Shown: positions 35,843 to 44,115 of the stretch, piece by piece
Numbering within the stretch: position 1 is the first letter of the stretch
Layout: every line of letters begins with the position of its first letter
NCBI GenBank assembly: GCA_048883045.1
Contig: JBHLRA010000001.1
Span: 19,841 to 83,840 of the forward strand
Length of the DNA stretch: 64,000 nt
Reading direction: 5' to 3'
Source: Candidatus Thorarchaeota archaeon
GTDB taxonomy: Archaea; Asgardarchaeota; Lokiarchaeia; Sigyniarchaeales; SOKP01
Translations under genes and position numbers: made by a program
Notes under the pieces: model-generated
What the model was told of the DNA's origin: nothing
The model's database searches: none
The model's input: only the letters and a program-made list of their open reading frames with translations

Positions 35843-36622
35843 ATGATGTATGTAGTTTTCGAAAAATGGGCATGTGAACGGGTCAAATGGTCTGCTTTAA
35901 TTGCTATTGGGGATTCTATGCAGCAAGGCGGTATGGATACTATTGAATATTTTGTACCGTCTTGCTTTAACCCAGAAATTGGGGATATGCCATTGACCCC
36001 GGAACCTGCTATTGAAGGAATTTTTACATGGCATTGGAATTATTTTGAAATCCAGGAATATTATAAGGCAAAGAGAATTAATGTCTATACTATCGATTGG
36101 GGATTTTTAGGACGAGATAAGGGATATCAATTTATTCTTAAAAATAATACTTTCGTTGAAGGTAAGCCAGACGATAGGTTTAAGGCCTTAAATTGTACTA
36201 TCAAATCAAGTTGGAAAGAGGGCGGGCATATACTTGTAGCCAAACAGAATCATCATCTTGATTGGTATGAAAGAGCTATAAATACTTTGGAGGCCAAAAC
36301 TGATCGAGAAATTAAGATCAGAGAATTTGATGAAAAAAGGCCTTTAGAAAAAGACCTTAAAGGGGCTAGTGCCTTGGTGACTTATAATTCAACTTGTCTA
36401 TATAAAGCCTTAACCCATAAGATTCCTATTTTTTGTAGCAGAGATTGCCCGGCGGCCAATTCTAAGAGTGCCGTGGATTCGAGGATTATTAATACCAATT
36501 TCGCTTTATTGAATGATGTAGGAAAAATTGAAGATCCTATGCCTTTTCTTTCCAATGTGGCATATAATCAATATACCTTGGAAGAAATAAAGGAGGGTCT
36601 TTGGATAAAGGAGCTAATATAA
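35843..36622 (+). CDS. possible GT-B/capsule-synthesis-like glycosyltransferase
   Basis: GHILVAKQNHHLD ... EIKIREFD ... ASALVTYNSTCLYKALTHKIPIF parallels the KpsS/KpsC-type pattern (..vTinStvglEAL..gkPv). By eye only. Confidence 0.35.
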   Translation: MMYVVFEKWACERVKWSALIAIGDSMQQGGMDTIEYFVPSCFNPEIGDMPLTPEPAIEGIFTWHWNYFEIQEYYKAKRINVYTIDWGFLGRDKGYQFILKNNTFVEGKPDDRFKALNCTIKSSWKEGGHILVAKQNHHLDWYERAINTLEAKTDREIKIREFDEKRPLEKDLKGASALVTYNSTCLYKALTHKIPIFCSRDCPAANSKSAVDSRIINTNFALLNDVGKIEDPMPFLSNVAYNQYTLEEIKEGLWIKELI

Positions 36623-36655
36623 TATAGCTCCTTTATATTAAAGGAATTGATATAA

Positions 36656-36931
36656 ATGGCAACTTTGTTATCAGACGTAGTAGAAGTTAGCATTAATGCT
36701 TCGGGATGGAGTGCTGTTCAAATTCCTTCCCAAACTAATGCTGCAAAGTTTCTGGCCAAGTGCCGTGATAACTCCTCCTTTTTAATTAAGAAAGAGAATG
36801 CAGCCTCTAGATATATGACTGTGCCATCGTCTCTTGCTGGCAATATCGACCCTGAGACTGATAGAACTTTATTTTACGTTAAAGGTACTACAACTACGAC
36901 GTTGGAAGTTCTATTGCAGAGAAAGCCTTAA
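36656..36931 (+). CDS. hypothetical protein (possible head decoration/accessory)
   Basis: 91-aa ORF in the capsid module. Confidence 0.5.
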   Translation: MATLLSDVVEVSINASGWSAVQIPSQTNAAKFLAKCRDNSSFLIKKENAASRYMTVPSSLAGNIDPETDRTLFYVKGTTTTTLEVLLQRKP

Positions 36932-36939
36932 GGGGGGGG
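36932..36939 (+). repeat. G8 homopolymer forming the SD of the fibre gene
   Basis: aGGGGGGGGa, 6 nt before GTG 36946; the longest G run seen in the window. Confidence 0.8.
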
Positions 36940-36945
36940 ATTATT

Positions 36946-38805
36946 GTGGATTTGAATTTGGGCAATTTTGGCATATTGATAGAGGAGCAAGACGGCAGCC
37001 CTTCAGGGTTTTGTACCAAGTTAATAGCCTCTAATGCTTCTTTAACAAATAATGGAGATGGCAGCTTCACCCTTACTACTGGGGGAGGAGTTTCTGACCA
37101 TGGGGCTTTGACTGGTAAGTTAGATGATGATCATACACAATATGGTCTTTTAGCTGGAAGGGCCGGAGGTCAAGCCTTGATAGGCGGTGCAGCTTCAGGG
37201 GAAGGCTTAACCCTTAACTCCACAGCTCACGCTACAAAAGGCTTAATATCTATAGGTGGAGCTCTATATGTGGATGAGGTAAATGGTAGGATAGGAATTG
37301 GCGAAAATGCCCCTACGGCTGATTTTGAAATAAATTCTACAGGCGGAGAAAATATTTATATTTACCGATATGCTACCAGTGCAAATCCTCCAGGTATCAA
37401 ATTTTGGAAAGCCAGAGGAACTGAAGGCTCACCGATTGTAGCCAATGATGCTGATGATACTGGAAAATTTGAATTTTGGGGTTATGCAAGAAATCAAGGA
37501 GATACTGATGATGCATTTGTAAGAACGGGAATGATAATTGCTGAAGTGGATGGAGTAGATGCTCAAGGAAGAATTGGAGGCAGGATAGAATTTTATACAT
37601 CAGCTGGTGTTTCGGTTACTCCAGGAGAAAAGTTTTCTATAGGTAAGGATAACATTGAGGTCTATAAAATTGCGACTGCTACGGCTGGAACTCAGTATGA
37701 TAGTTGGGATTTTAGATTTAGATGTTCGATTTGGGATACAGATAATACTCAGGCTGAAGATAGATTAATATATGCTAGGGCTAATGCTGGAAGTGGAGCG
37801 AATGGTTCAGAACCTTACGATCTTACATTTTATGATAATAGCGATAATGCTGTATTAGTTATAAATCCATTAACCCCTACAATTCAAATTCAACAATATC
37901 TTGGCCATATAGGAGACTCTAACACAGCACTAGAGTTTAATGAGGATAGAATAAAGTATTTAGCAGGAGGAGTTGTTTTTGTAGATATATTTGAAACTAC
38001 TCAAGATGTTATATATCTTGGTAATGGGGCGTTAGGAGTTGGAGGAACTGATATAGATGTTTATATAGGTACCAATAATGCTTTAATGGTGGAAGGTTCA
38101 AGCGGAGACATTACTATTAATAAGAGTGGTACAGCTACAGCTGGAACTCAATATGATAGTCAAGACATTAATCTTATGGCTTCAGTTTGGGATACTGATA
38201 ATACTCAAGCTGAGGATAGAAATATTACTTTGAGGAATGTTGGCGGATCTGGGGCGGATGGATCAGAACCTTATTATTTTGCTGTATTAGATAATGATAG
38301 TAATGAAATTTTTACAGTTGATCCAGTTAATGCTAGAATAGGAATGACTGACAAGTTATATCATATAGGGGATACAAACACTTGGATTCAGTTTACTGGT
38401 GATCAAATAGAATTATCAGCAGGTGGTGGAAATGCAGCAGTTAAAATAGTAGAAGCATCGGAGTTAAGTTATGTCCAAATAACAACAAGTGTAGGGGTTG
38501 AAAGACAGAAAGTTTGGCGTACATCTCTAGCTGATGATGCTACGGATTCTTTAGATATATCTGTGACTGATGCTTGTAGAGGTTTCATAATTTCTTCTAA
38601 TTCTGGAGTAGTGGATGCTTGGGCTGAATTTGTATTAGGAGGAGATGGGAATGTCACCCTTACTAATAATTCTGCCAATGTAGTGGCTAATGCGGATACA
38701 GACGCCAATCTTTGTATTGGTACGGCTGCTGCTCAAGAGCCATTAACCATAAAAAATAGACTTGGCGGAAGCAGAGTGATTCAAATTCATATTTGGTTTT
38801 ATTAA
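36946..38805 (+). CDS. fibre protein (head or tail fibre) with internal repeats
   Basis: VSDHGALTGKLDDDHTQY is a fibre N-terminal motif. Duplicated module TATAGTQYDS.D....S.WDTDNTQAEDR...GSGA.GSEPY. Confidence 0.6.
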   Translation: MDLNLGNFGILIEEQDGSPSGFCTKLIASNASLTNNGDGSFTLTTGGGVSDHGALTGKLDDDHTQYGLLAGRAGGQALIGGAASGEGLTLNSTAHATKGLISIGGALYVDEVNGRIGIGENAPTADFEINSTGGENIYIYRYATSANPPGIKFWKARGTEGSPIVANDADDTGKFEFWGYARNQGDTDDAFVRTGMIIAEVDGVDAQGRIGGRIEFYTSAGVSVTPGEKFSIGKDNIEVYKIATATAGTQYDSWDFRFRCSIWDTDNTQAEDRLIYARANAGSGANGSEPYDLTFYDNSDNAVLVINPLTPTIQIQQYLGHIGDSNTALEFNEDRIKYLAGGVVFVDIFETTQDVIYLGNGALGVGGTDIDVYIGTNNALMVEGSSGDITINKSGTATAGTQYDSQDINLMASVWDTDNTQAEDRNITLRNVGGSGADGSEPYYFAVLDNDSNEIFTVDPVNARIGMTDKLYHIGDTNTWIQFTGDQIELSAGGGNAAVKIVEASELSYVQITTSVGVERQKVWRTSLADDATDSLDISVTDACRGFIISSNSGVVDAWAEFVLGGDGNVTLTNNSANVVANADTDANLCIGTAAAQEPLTIKNRLGGSRVIQIHIWFY

Positions 38806-38828
38806 TTTATTTTAGAAAGGAGTTTTTT

Positions 38829-39542
38829 GTGAAGAAAATATTTATTTTTTCTCTAATTGTGTGTTTCTTTTTTTTCATTTACAATATAGCTATAGCTGCT
38901 AATACTTTTGTAACTGAGGGGTTTGAGGGGCCGGGATATGAAAATGCGGTTTGTGACCCTAATATCATTACATCTTGCTGGACAGAATATACAGATGGAA
39001 ATTCTTTTATAGACTCTGAATATGAATGTTCTTGTAATCCTCCTGAATCTGGTGATTATTGCTTAAGAGCTTATTCAGATGGTAATGGTGAATTAGCAAA
39101 AATTACCTGGATATTAGATGAAATAAGCCCTTATAATGAAGTATCAGTAAGGGTCAAATTGATTGATCATAATCTTGGTAACACTGATCAAGTTCAGATA
39201 GCTAATATTACAACCAATTCTGGAAGTAAGCTTATAATTGTATATTACTATTATTACAATAGTACTATGTATATGGCAGCTAGGTATTTTGATGGAACAG
39301 GAGGCTTTGGGGATAGTGATTTTTATGAAGTTAATGAGAATGATTGGAATTTAGTATCTTTTCAATATGATTCTTCAAGATTAAGGTTTAAGCTTAAAAT
39401 AAATCATAAAACAACCCTAAAAGATACAGATTTAGATAATACTTGGCCAATAAATGCAAGAAAGCTTGATTTAGGAGTTTGTTATAATAATGGGGATGGT
39501 TCGGCTGAAGTTCTTATATCTTCTATGGAATGGGATGATTAG
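38829..39542 (+). CDS. secreted beta-rich protein with N-terminal signal peptide
   Basis: Start GTG 38829 after AAAGGAG; KKIFIFSLIVCFFFFIYNIAIAANT signal-like. Confidence 0.5.
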   Translation: MKKIFIFSLIVCFFFFIYNIAIAANTFVTEGFEGPGYENAVCDPNIITSCWTEYTDGNSFIDSEYECSCNPPESGDYCLRAYSDGNGELAKITWILDEISPYNEVSVRVKLIDHNLGNTDQVQIANITTNSGSKLIIVYYYYYNSTMYMAARYFDGTGGFGDSDFYEVNENDWNLVSFQYDSSRLRFKLKINHKTTLKDTDLDNTWPINARKLDLGVCYNNGDGSAEVLISSMEWDD

Positions 39543-39732
39543 ATTGAATTTTCATTATTGGTTTTCTGTTATTATAGAGATAGTTGGAATATGTACAATA
39601 GGGATTGGCCTAGTTGAAATGTGTCATTTTGGCATGTTAAATCCAGCTAATCTTTTAATAACCAGTGGATCATTGATGCTGGCTATAGGATCGGCTATAT
39701 TTGCTAAATACATCAAATGGAATAGGGAATAA
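39535..39732 (+). CDS. small two-TM membrane protein
   Basis: MIRLNFHYWFSVIIEIVGICTIGIGLV...LITSGSLMLAIGSAIFAKY; ATG overlaps the upstream stop. Confidence 0.5.
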   Translation: MIRLNFHYWFSVIIEIVGICTIGIGLVEMCHFGMLNPANLLITSGSLMLAIGSAIFAKYIKWNRE

Positions 39733-39735
39733 AAT

Positions 39736-40245
39736 ATGGCTATAACGATTGATGCGAGTGTGGGGGGAACTTCTTCTAATAGCTATGTGACTTTAGCGGA
39801 AGCCAATACTTATATGGAAGCGGTGCCTTGGTTTGATTCAACTTGGGATGGCCTAACGGATGCGGTAAAGAATAGTTGGCTGGTATTCTCTACTAGGGCT
39901 ATCGATAGGATGAAATTTCAAGCTTCTCGATATGATAAGGATCAAGCCCTGGAATTTCCTCGGACTATAACAGATGACCAAACCGATGAAGGTGATATGC
40001 CCCAGAAAGTTAAAGATGCCCAATGTGAGATGATTATATATTTGTATAATCACATGAGCACTGATGATGGAAGCCCTGAAAGAGAGATTTCAGCCTTAGC
40101 GGTGGGTCGTGGAGCTTTGGACATTAAATTTAAAGACAGCGAAAGGCCCGAATATAGCCTAGTTGGCGGTTATCCTGATGCAATAAGAGCGCTTTTGAGA
40201 GAGTGGGTATTGTCCAGACACAATATCCAAATATTAAGAGGGTAA
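39736..40245 (+). CDS. head-tail adaptor (gp6/gp15-like connector)
   Basis: SSNSYVTLAEANTYMEA N-terminal motif typical of head-tail connector proteins; position. Confidence 0.6.
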   Translation: MAITIDASVGGTSSNSYVTLAEANTYMEAVPWFDSTWDGLTDAVKNSWLVFSTRAIDRMKFQASRYDKDQALEFPRTITDDQTDEGDMPQKVKDAQCEMIIYLYNHMSTDDGSPEREISALAVGRGALDIKFKDSERPEYSLVGGYPDAIRALLREWVLSRHNIQILRG

Positions 40246-40248
40246 AGT

Positions 40249-40632
40249 ATGGGATTAGTTCCTAAAGATCAGATTAAGTCTATAGTTAACAAATATTTGT
40301 ATGATTCTAGTATAACTAAGTCTGCAATCTATAAAAGTTTGGCTAAATCCCATAGCACAACTACGTTGGAAGTAACTGAGACCCCAACTTTGGTTTCTAC
40401 AAGGGTTTTGCCTATTAAATTCACTAAAACAGAAATAAAGAATTCAGGAGGATCTATCCAGGAGGGAGATCAAAGATGGCTGATACGAGAAAAAGATTTA
40501 TCAGATAATAGCGTTATTCCTAAGATTGGGGATAGAATAACGGTGGATAGCCAAGATTGGGAAGTTTTAGATATAGAAAAAGTGGAAGTGAATGACCAAG
40601 GCCTTATGTGGGAATTTCATTGTAGGTTATAA
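40249..40632 (+). CDS. head closure / head-tail joining protein
   Basis: 127 aa following the adaptor; call rests on synteny. Confidence 0.45.
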   Translation: MGLVPKDQIKSIVNKYLYDSSITKSAIYKSLAKSHSTTTLEVTETPTLVSTRVLPIKFTKTEIKNSGGSIQEGDQRWLIREKDLSDNSVIPKIGDRITVDSQDWEVLDIEKVEVNDQGLMWEFHCRL

Positions 40633-40642
40633 AGGAAAATAT

Positions 40643-41182
40643 ATGCAAACTTGTGCTTTAGTTATTGGCCATAGAAAAGAATCACCTGGGGCTTGTAATG
40701 CTAATTATAAAGATTCAGAATATAAGTTCAATGATGTTTTGGCTGGAATGATAGAAAACAGAATGGAAAAAGGCTCTATCATAAAAGTGTATAGAACCGG
40801 GTCTTATATTAAATTGCCAATACAGATTAATACTTTACTGCCTAGCTTTATATTGAGTCTTCATTGCAATTCTTTTAATAGAAAGGCTTCAGGTACAGAA
40901 GTTTTATATTATGAACATTCAGGTAGAGGAAGGATAATTGCTGGCTTTTTGCAGGAGCGATTGGTCAGATGTTTAAAACTTTATGATAGAGGAATTAAAG
41001 CTAAGAGTGAGGATGATAGAGGAGGATATTTGCTGAAATATACTTCCGCTCCTTGTATAATAGCTGAGCCCTTTTTTATAGATAATGATGAAGATTTACT
41101 TACTGCAAAAGCATTGATGGGGAAGCTCGCAAAAGCTTATGCTGATGCAATATATGAAATATTTAGCTTTTTAAGGAGGTAA
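40643..41182 (+). CDS. N-acetylmuramoyl-L-alanine amidase (Amidase_3-like)
   Basis: ALVIGH..., SLHCNSFNRKASGTEVLYY, YDRGIKAK, IIAEPFFIDNDED. Confidence 0.8.
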   Translation: MQTCALVIGHRKESPGACNANYKDSEYKFNDVLAGMIENRMEKGSIIKVYRTGSYIKLPIQINTLLPSFILSLHCNSFNRKASGTEVLYYEHSGRGRIIAGFLQERLVRCLKLYDRGIKAKSEDDRGGYLLKYTSAPCIIAEPFFIDNDEDLLTAKALMGKLAKAYADAIYEIFSFLRR

Positions 41183-41183
41183 T

Positions 41184-41252
41184 AAAAATGGAGAATTTAA
41201 AGATGAGTAGACTTTGTATAGGAATTTCATTGTAAATTATAGAGGGGAAAAT
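41184..41252 (+). repeat. junction scar: copy of the 5' end of gene 41421 fused to a copy of the 3' end of gene 40249-40632
   Basis: 41184-41209 matches 41417-41442 (23/26); 41221-41252 matches 40611-40642 (GGAATTTCATTGTA...TTATA.AGG..AAA). Confidence 0.7.
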
Positions 41253-41418
41253 GGAAAATATATTTATAGTGTTGGATGTGTCTAATAAAGAGAATCCTAA
41301 ATTTGTTGACATCGAAAATGATTATTATGAAAGTATTAAGATAGGAGAATATATCAAAAAATATGCAGGTAATAAAAATTTAGATGCAATAAAAATCAAT
41401 TTAAAAGGAGGCAATTAA
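41251..41418 (+). CDS. small hypothetical protein (55 aa)
   Basis: Hand-translated MENIFIVLDVSNKENPKFVDIENDYYESIK...; SD GAGGGGA. Confidence 0.4.
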   Translation: MENIFIVLDVSNKENPKFVDIENDYYESIKIGEYIKKYAGNKNLDAIKINLKGGN

Positions 41419-41420
41419 AA

Positions 41421-41564
41421 ATGGCAGATTTAAAGATGAGTAAGGATAAAGTTGATTATAACCAGAAACCGGATTTTATTAATCAGAATACGGTTGATGC
41501 CGGAAAAGGCGGCTCCACTCCTACAGTTCCCAGAGAAGATAATGGGAGTAAAAAGGTTGGCTAA
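41421..41564 (+). CDS. small hypothetical protein (47 aa)
   Basis: Hand-translated MADLKMSKDKVDYNQKPDFINQNT...; SD AAAGGAGG. Confidence 0.4.
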   Translation: MADLKMSKDKVDYNQKPDFINQNTVDAGKGGSTPTVPREDNGSKKVG

Positions 41565-41823
41565 TTCAGCTACAAATAAAGAAGAGGAATGTTAAATGTA
41601 AAGGAAAGAAAAACGAAAAGGGAGGGAATGATATAATTGATAGGGACTAAAAGAGATTTTGTAGTATATAACAAATTTAATACTACTGTCTCCAAGATGA
41701 CGCCCAAAACAACCCCAGCCTATACTCGAAGGAGATTGAGAGATAAATATATGGGACCTTATTGGAAAATAACTGGGAAAACTGTGAATAATATTCAGTA
41801 TCCCATGATCAGGAGGTAAAGAG

Positions 41824-42324
41824 ATGAAGAAAATATTATCTATCCTTGCCGTTTTATGTTTTTTATTCATTTCAATGAATTGTTTTGGTCTAGATGATGG
41901 TCTTTATGAAGGAAATTATTTTATGTATGTTGATAATCCGACTCAATGTGCTTCTTCTGAGCCTGGATATGCTAGAATTATCAACTTAGAGGGTCCTAAT
42001 GTTGTTTTCCAATTAATTGTTTTTTGGGAAAACGAAGAAATAGTTTTAGAAGAAAGACAATGTACTATAACTGGAAAGACCATGCATTGTCCATGTAGCG
42101 ATCAGATAATAGATTTTTCTATATATGGATTTGATGCAGTTCTTACAAATGAAGCTAATCATGGTATTAGTATTATTAAAGATTATGGTTTTAGGATGAA
42201 TAATTCGGTTAGACGGAATACTTGTGAGGGGTCTGATTGTCCGATTATAGAGCAATGGATGGGAGCCAATTTCCCATGCAATATTGGTTCATGGATAACA
42301 GAGTATACAAGGATAAGTGATTGA
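41824..42324 (+). CDS. secreted/lipoprotein-like Cys-rich protein
   Basis: MKKILSILAVLCFLFISMNCFG signal peptide with a lipobox-like Cys; SD AGGAGG. Confidence 0.55.
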   Translation: MKKILSILAVLCFLFISMNCFGLDDGLYEGNYFMYVDNPTQCASSEPGYARIINLEGPNVVFQLIVFWENEEIVLEERQCTITGKTMHCPCSDQIIDFSIYGFDAVLTNEANHGISIIKDYGFRMNNSVRRNTCEGSDCPIIEQWMGANFPCNIGSWITEYTRISD

Positions 42325-42325
42325 A

Positions 42326-42574
42326 ATGGCTGAGTTAACCACTAAGAGGAGAAAAGCCCTCCCTAAGAGAGCTTTCGCTATTATTGAATATTATACGGTT
42401 GGAGGGAAAAGGAAATGGCGGGGTCATTATCCTATATATGATAAGGCTCATGCAGTTAATGCTTTGGCTAGAGTAGATCAGCATGGGTCTTCATCTGAAA
42501 AAGCTAAGGTAAGAGCTGCAGTTAAAGCTAAATATCCAGGCTTACCATATTTTAAGAAAAAGAGTAAGAAGTAA
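42326..42574 (+). CDS. hypothetical basic protein
   Basis: ALPKRAFAII...YPIYDKAHAVNALARVDQ; start ATG 42326 (the track start is GTG 42317). Confidence 0.5.
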   Translation: MAELTTKRRKALPKRAFAIIEYYTVGGKRKWRGHYPIYDKAHAVNALARVDQHGSSSEKAKVRAAVKAKYPGLPYFKKKSKK

Positions 42575-42575
42575 A

Positions 42576-43037
42576 ATGTCTGGCATAAGCGGTAATTGGA
42601 GTGAATTTGAAAGCTCTTTGAAAAAAGATGTCGAAAGATTTCATTCTAAAAAAATTGAATTAGTGAAGACGATAGCCATTAATGGCTTGTCAGGCCTCCA
42701 AATAGGAAGTCCGGTAGATACAGGCCGGTTTAGATCTGCTCACGATCTGACTGTTAATGAACCTAGCACATTTAATCCCGATAAAGGTCTTCCTAATGAA
42801 GTATATACACAGATTGCTGAAGAGGCCTTGAAGGAGGCGGGCCATAAACTGGAGAGTCTTCCAAAGGGCTTTTTAGACAAACTTGTAGTTTTCATAACTA
42901 ACAATGTTGAATATGGTCAATTTATTGAGGATGGATCTTATAGTAAAGATCCCAATGCCCCCAGAAAGCTTTATGCTAAGATGGCAGAGATTCTTAAGGC
43001 TAAAATTGATGAAGAAATTGCTAAATTTAGGCTATAA
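42576..43037 (+). CDS. HK97 gp10-family tail-completion/connector protein
   Basis: GSPVDTGRFRSAH signature. Confidence 0.7.
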   Translation: MSGISGNWSEFESSLKKDVERFHSKKIELVKTIAINGLSGLQIGSPVDTGRFRSAHDLTVNEPSTFNPDKGLPNEVYTQIAEEALKEAGHKLESLPKGFLDKLVVFITNNVEYGQFIEDGSYSKDPNAPRKLYAKMAEILKAKIDEEIAKFRL

Positions 43038-43047
43038 GGGATTATAA

Positions 43048-43368
43048 ATGGATAAGTTTAGTCAACTAGTTGAAGATTTGAATAACAATAAGTTGTGTTT
43101 AAGACATATACAGAATGCTATTAGAGTTCATATTAGGGGAAGGGAAGATTTGCCTAAAGAAATAAAGGATTTATTGGTTGGGAAAGAAGGCTTTACAACT
43201 AGTTCTGGCTTTGTTTATCAAATATTTGTGTTATTAGAACAAATAATGAGTTCTTTGGATTTGGCTTATAGAAGAGGCCGTGATGGTTTTGAAATTGATG
43301 ATAATTTTATAATCCAATTATATAATGCTAGGCATCTTAGGAAAAGAATTAAAGAGAATGATGATTAA
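43048..43368 (+). CDS. hypothetical protein
   Basis: 106-aa ORF in the connector module. Confidence 0.5.
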   Translation: MDKFSQLVEDLNNNKLCLRHIQNAIRVHIRGREDLPKEIKDLLVGKEGFTTSSGFVYQIFVLLEQIMSSLDLAYRRGRDGFEIDDNFIIQLYNARHLRKRIKENDD

Positions 43369-43370
43369 AA

Positions 43371-43820
43371 ATGGGTACAACAACAACTTTTGAGGATATT
43401 GCTAAGAAAATAACAGCTTATTTCGGGGCTAATTGGTCAGCTACCAGTGTTCAATACCCTAATATAGACCTTTTAGACCCTAGTAGCTTGGAATATTTTG
43501 CAATTTTCAATGTTGTAAAGTTCCCTTCCCGGAGACTTTGCATAACAGGCAACGATGATACAGGCCTTATCCATACCGGGGAGGCTGTTATAAACCTATA
43601 TAGGCGGTTAGGAAAGGGAGTTGGACAACTTCAACAATATGTGGATGACATTTGTGACCTTTTCCGGTATCACGCTATAGAATGGGATAGTAAAAAAATA
43701 CAATTTTTTGTTCCCCAAGTCAATGAAATAGGGCATGCCGGTAGAGCTATATTGGGTGAGTCTACTATATATAATTGGTGGCAAGTGAATATTTCTACAA
43801 GATGGGAGTATTTGACGTGA
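43371..43820 (+). CDS. possible tail terminator protein
   Basis: 149 aa; call rests on synteny only. Confidence 0.4.
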   Translation: MGTTTTFEDIAKKITAYFGANWSATSVQYPNIDLLDPSSLEYFAIFNVVKFPSRRLCITGNDDTGLIHTGEAVINLYRRLGKGVGQLQQYVDDICDLFRYHAIEWDSKKIQFFVPQVNEIGHAGRAILGESTIYNWWQVNISTRWEYLT

Positions 43821-44026
43821 TAATATATAAAGGGGATAATGAAGGCGAACATTGCAAAAGGTGTAAGAAATTATATCATGAAGTTTATGAAGTATCTGAT
43901 AAATTGCGGAAGAAAGTTACAGGGTGGAAAAATGGAAAGGGCCTATTGTGTTTAGAATGTTTTACTAAAATGGCTTTTGAAAAAGGAATAACTATTTTTT
44001 GGGAAGGCAAAGAAGATGATGAATAA
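43802..44026 (+). CDS. zinc-ribbon hypothetical protein
   Basis: CKRCKK...CLEC; ATG 43802 overlaps the upstream gene end. Confidence 0.45.
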   Translation: MGVFDVIIYKGDNEGEHCKRCKKLYHEVYEVSDKLRKKVTGWKNGKGLLCLECFTKMAFEKGITIFWEGKEDDE

Positions 44027-44115
44027 AAATATAAGGATAATAAGAGCTAAATCTAAAAGCTCAGTCACTAGAAAGGCAACAAGAAAGGTTGCAAAGAAAC
44101 CAGAAGAGGGGCAAA

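Noticed and set aside
36834-37034. 66-aa ORF running through the G8 tract
   Set aside because: It overlaps the ends of two better-supported genes in another frame and has no SD.
41592-41870. Overlapping ORFs 41637-41819 (+, TTG start) and 41592-41870 (-)
   Set aside because: Neither has a convincing start signal or motif. The region may be non-coding or hold a small basic protein, so it is left unannotated.
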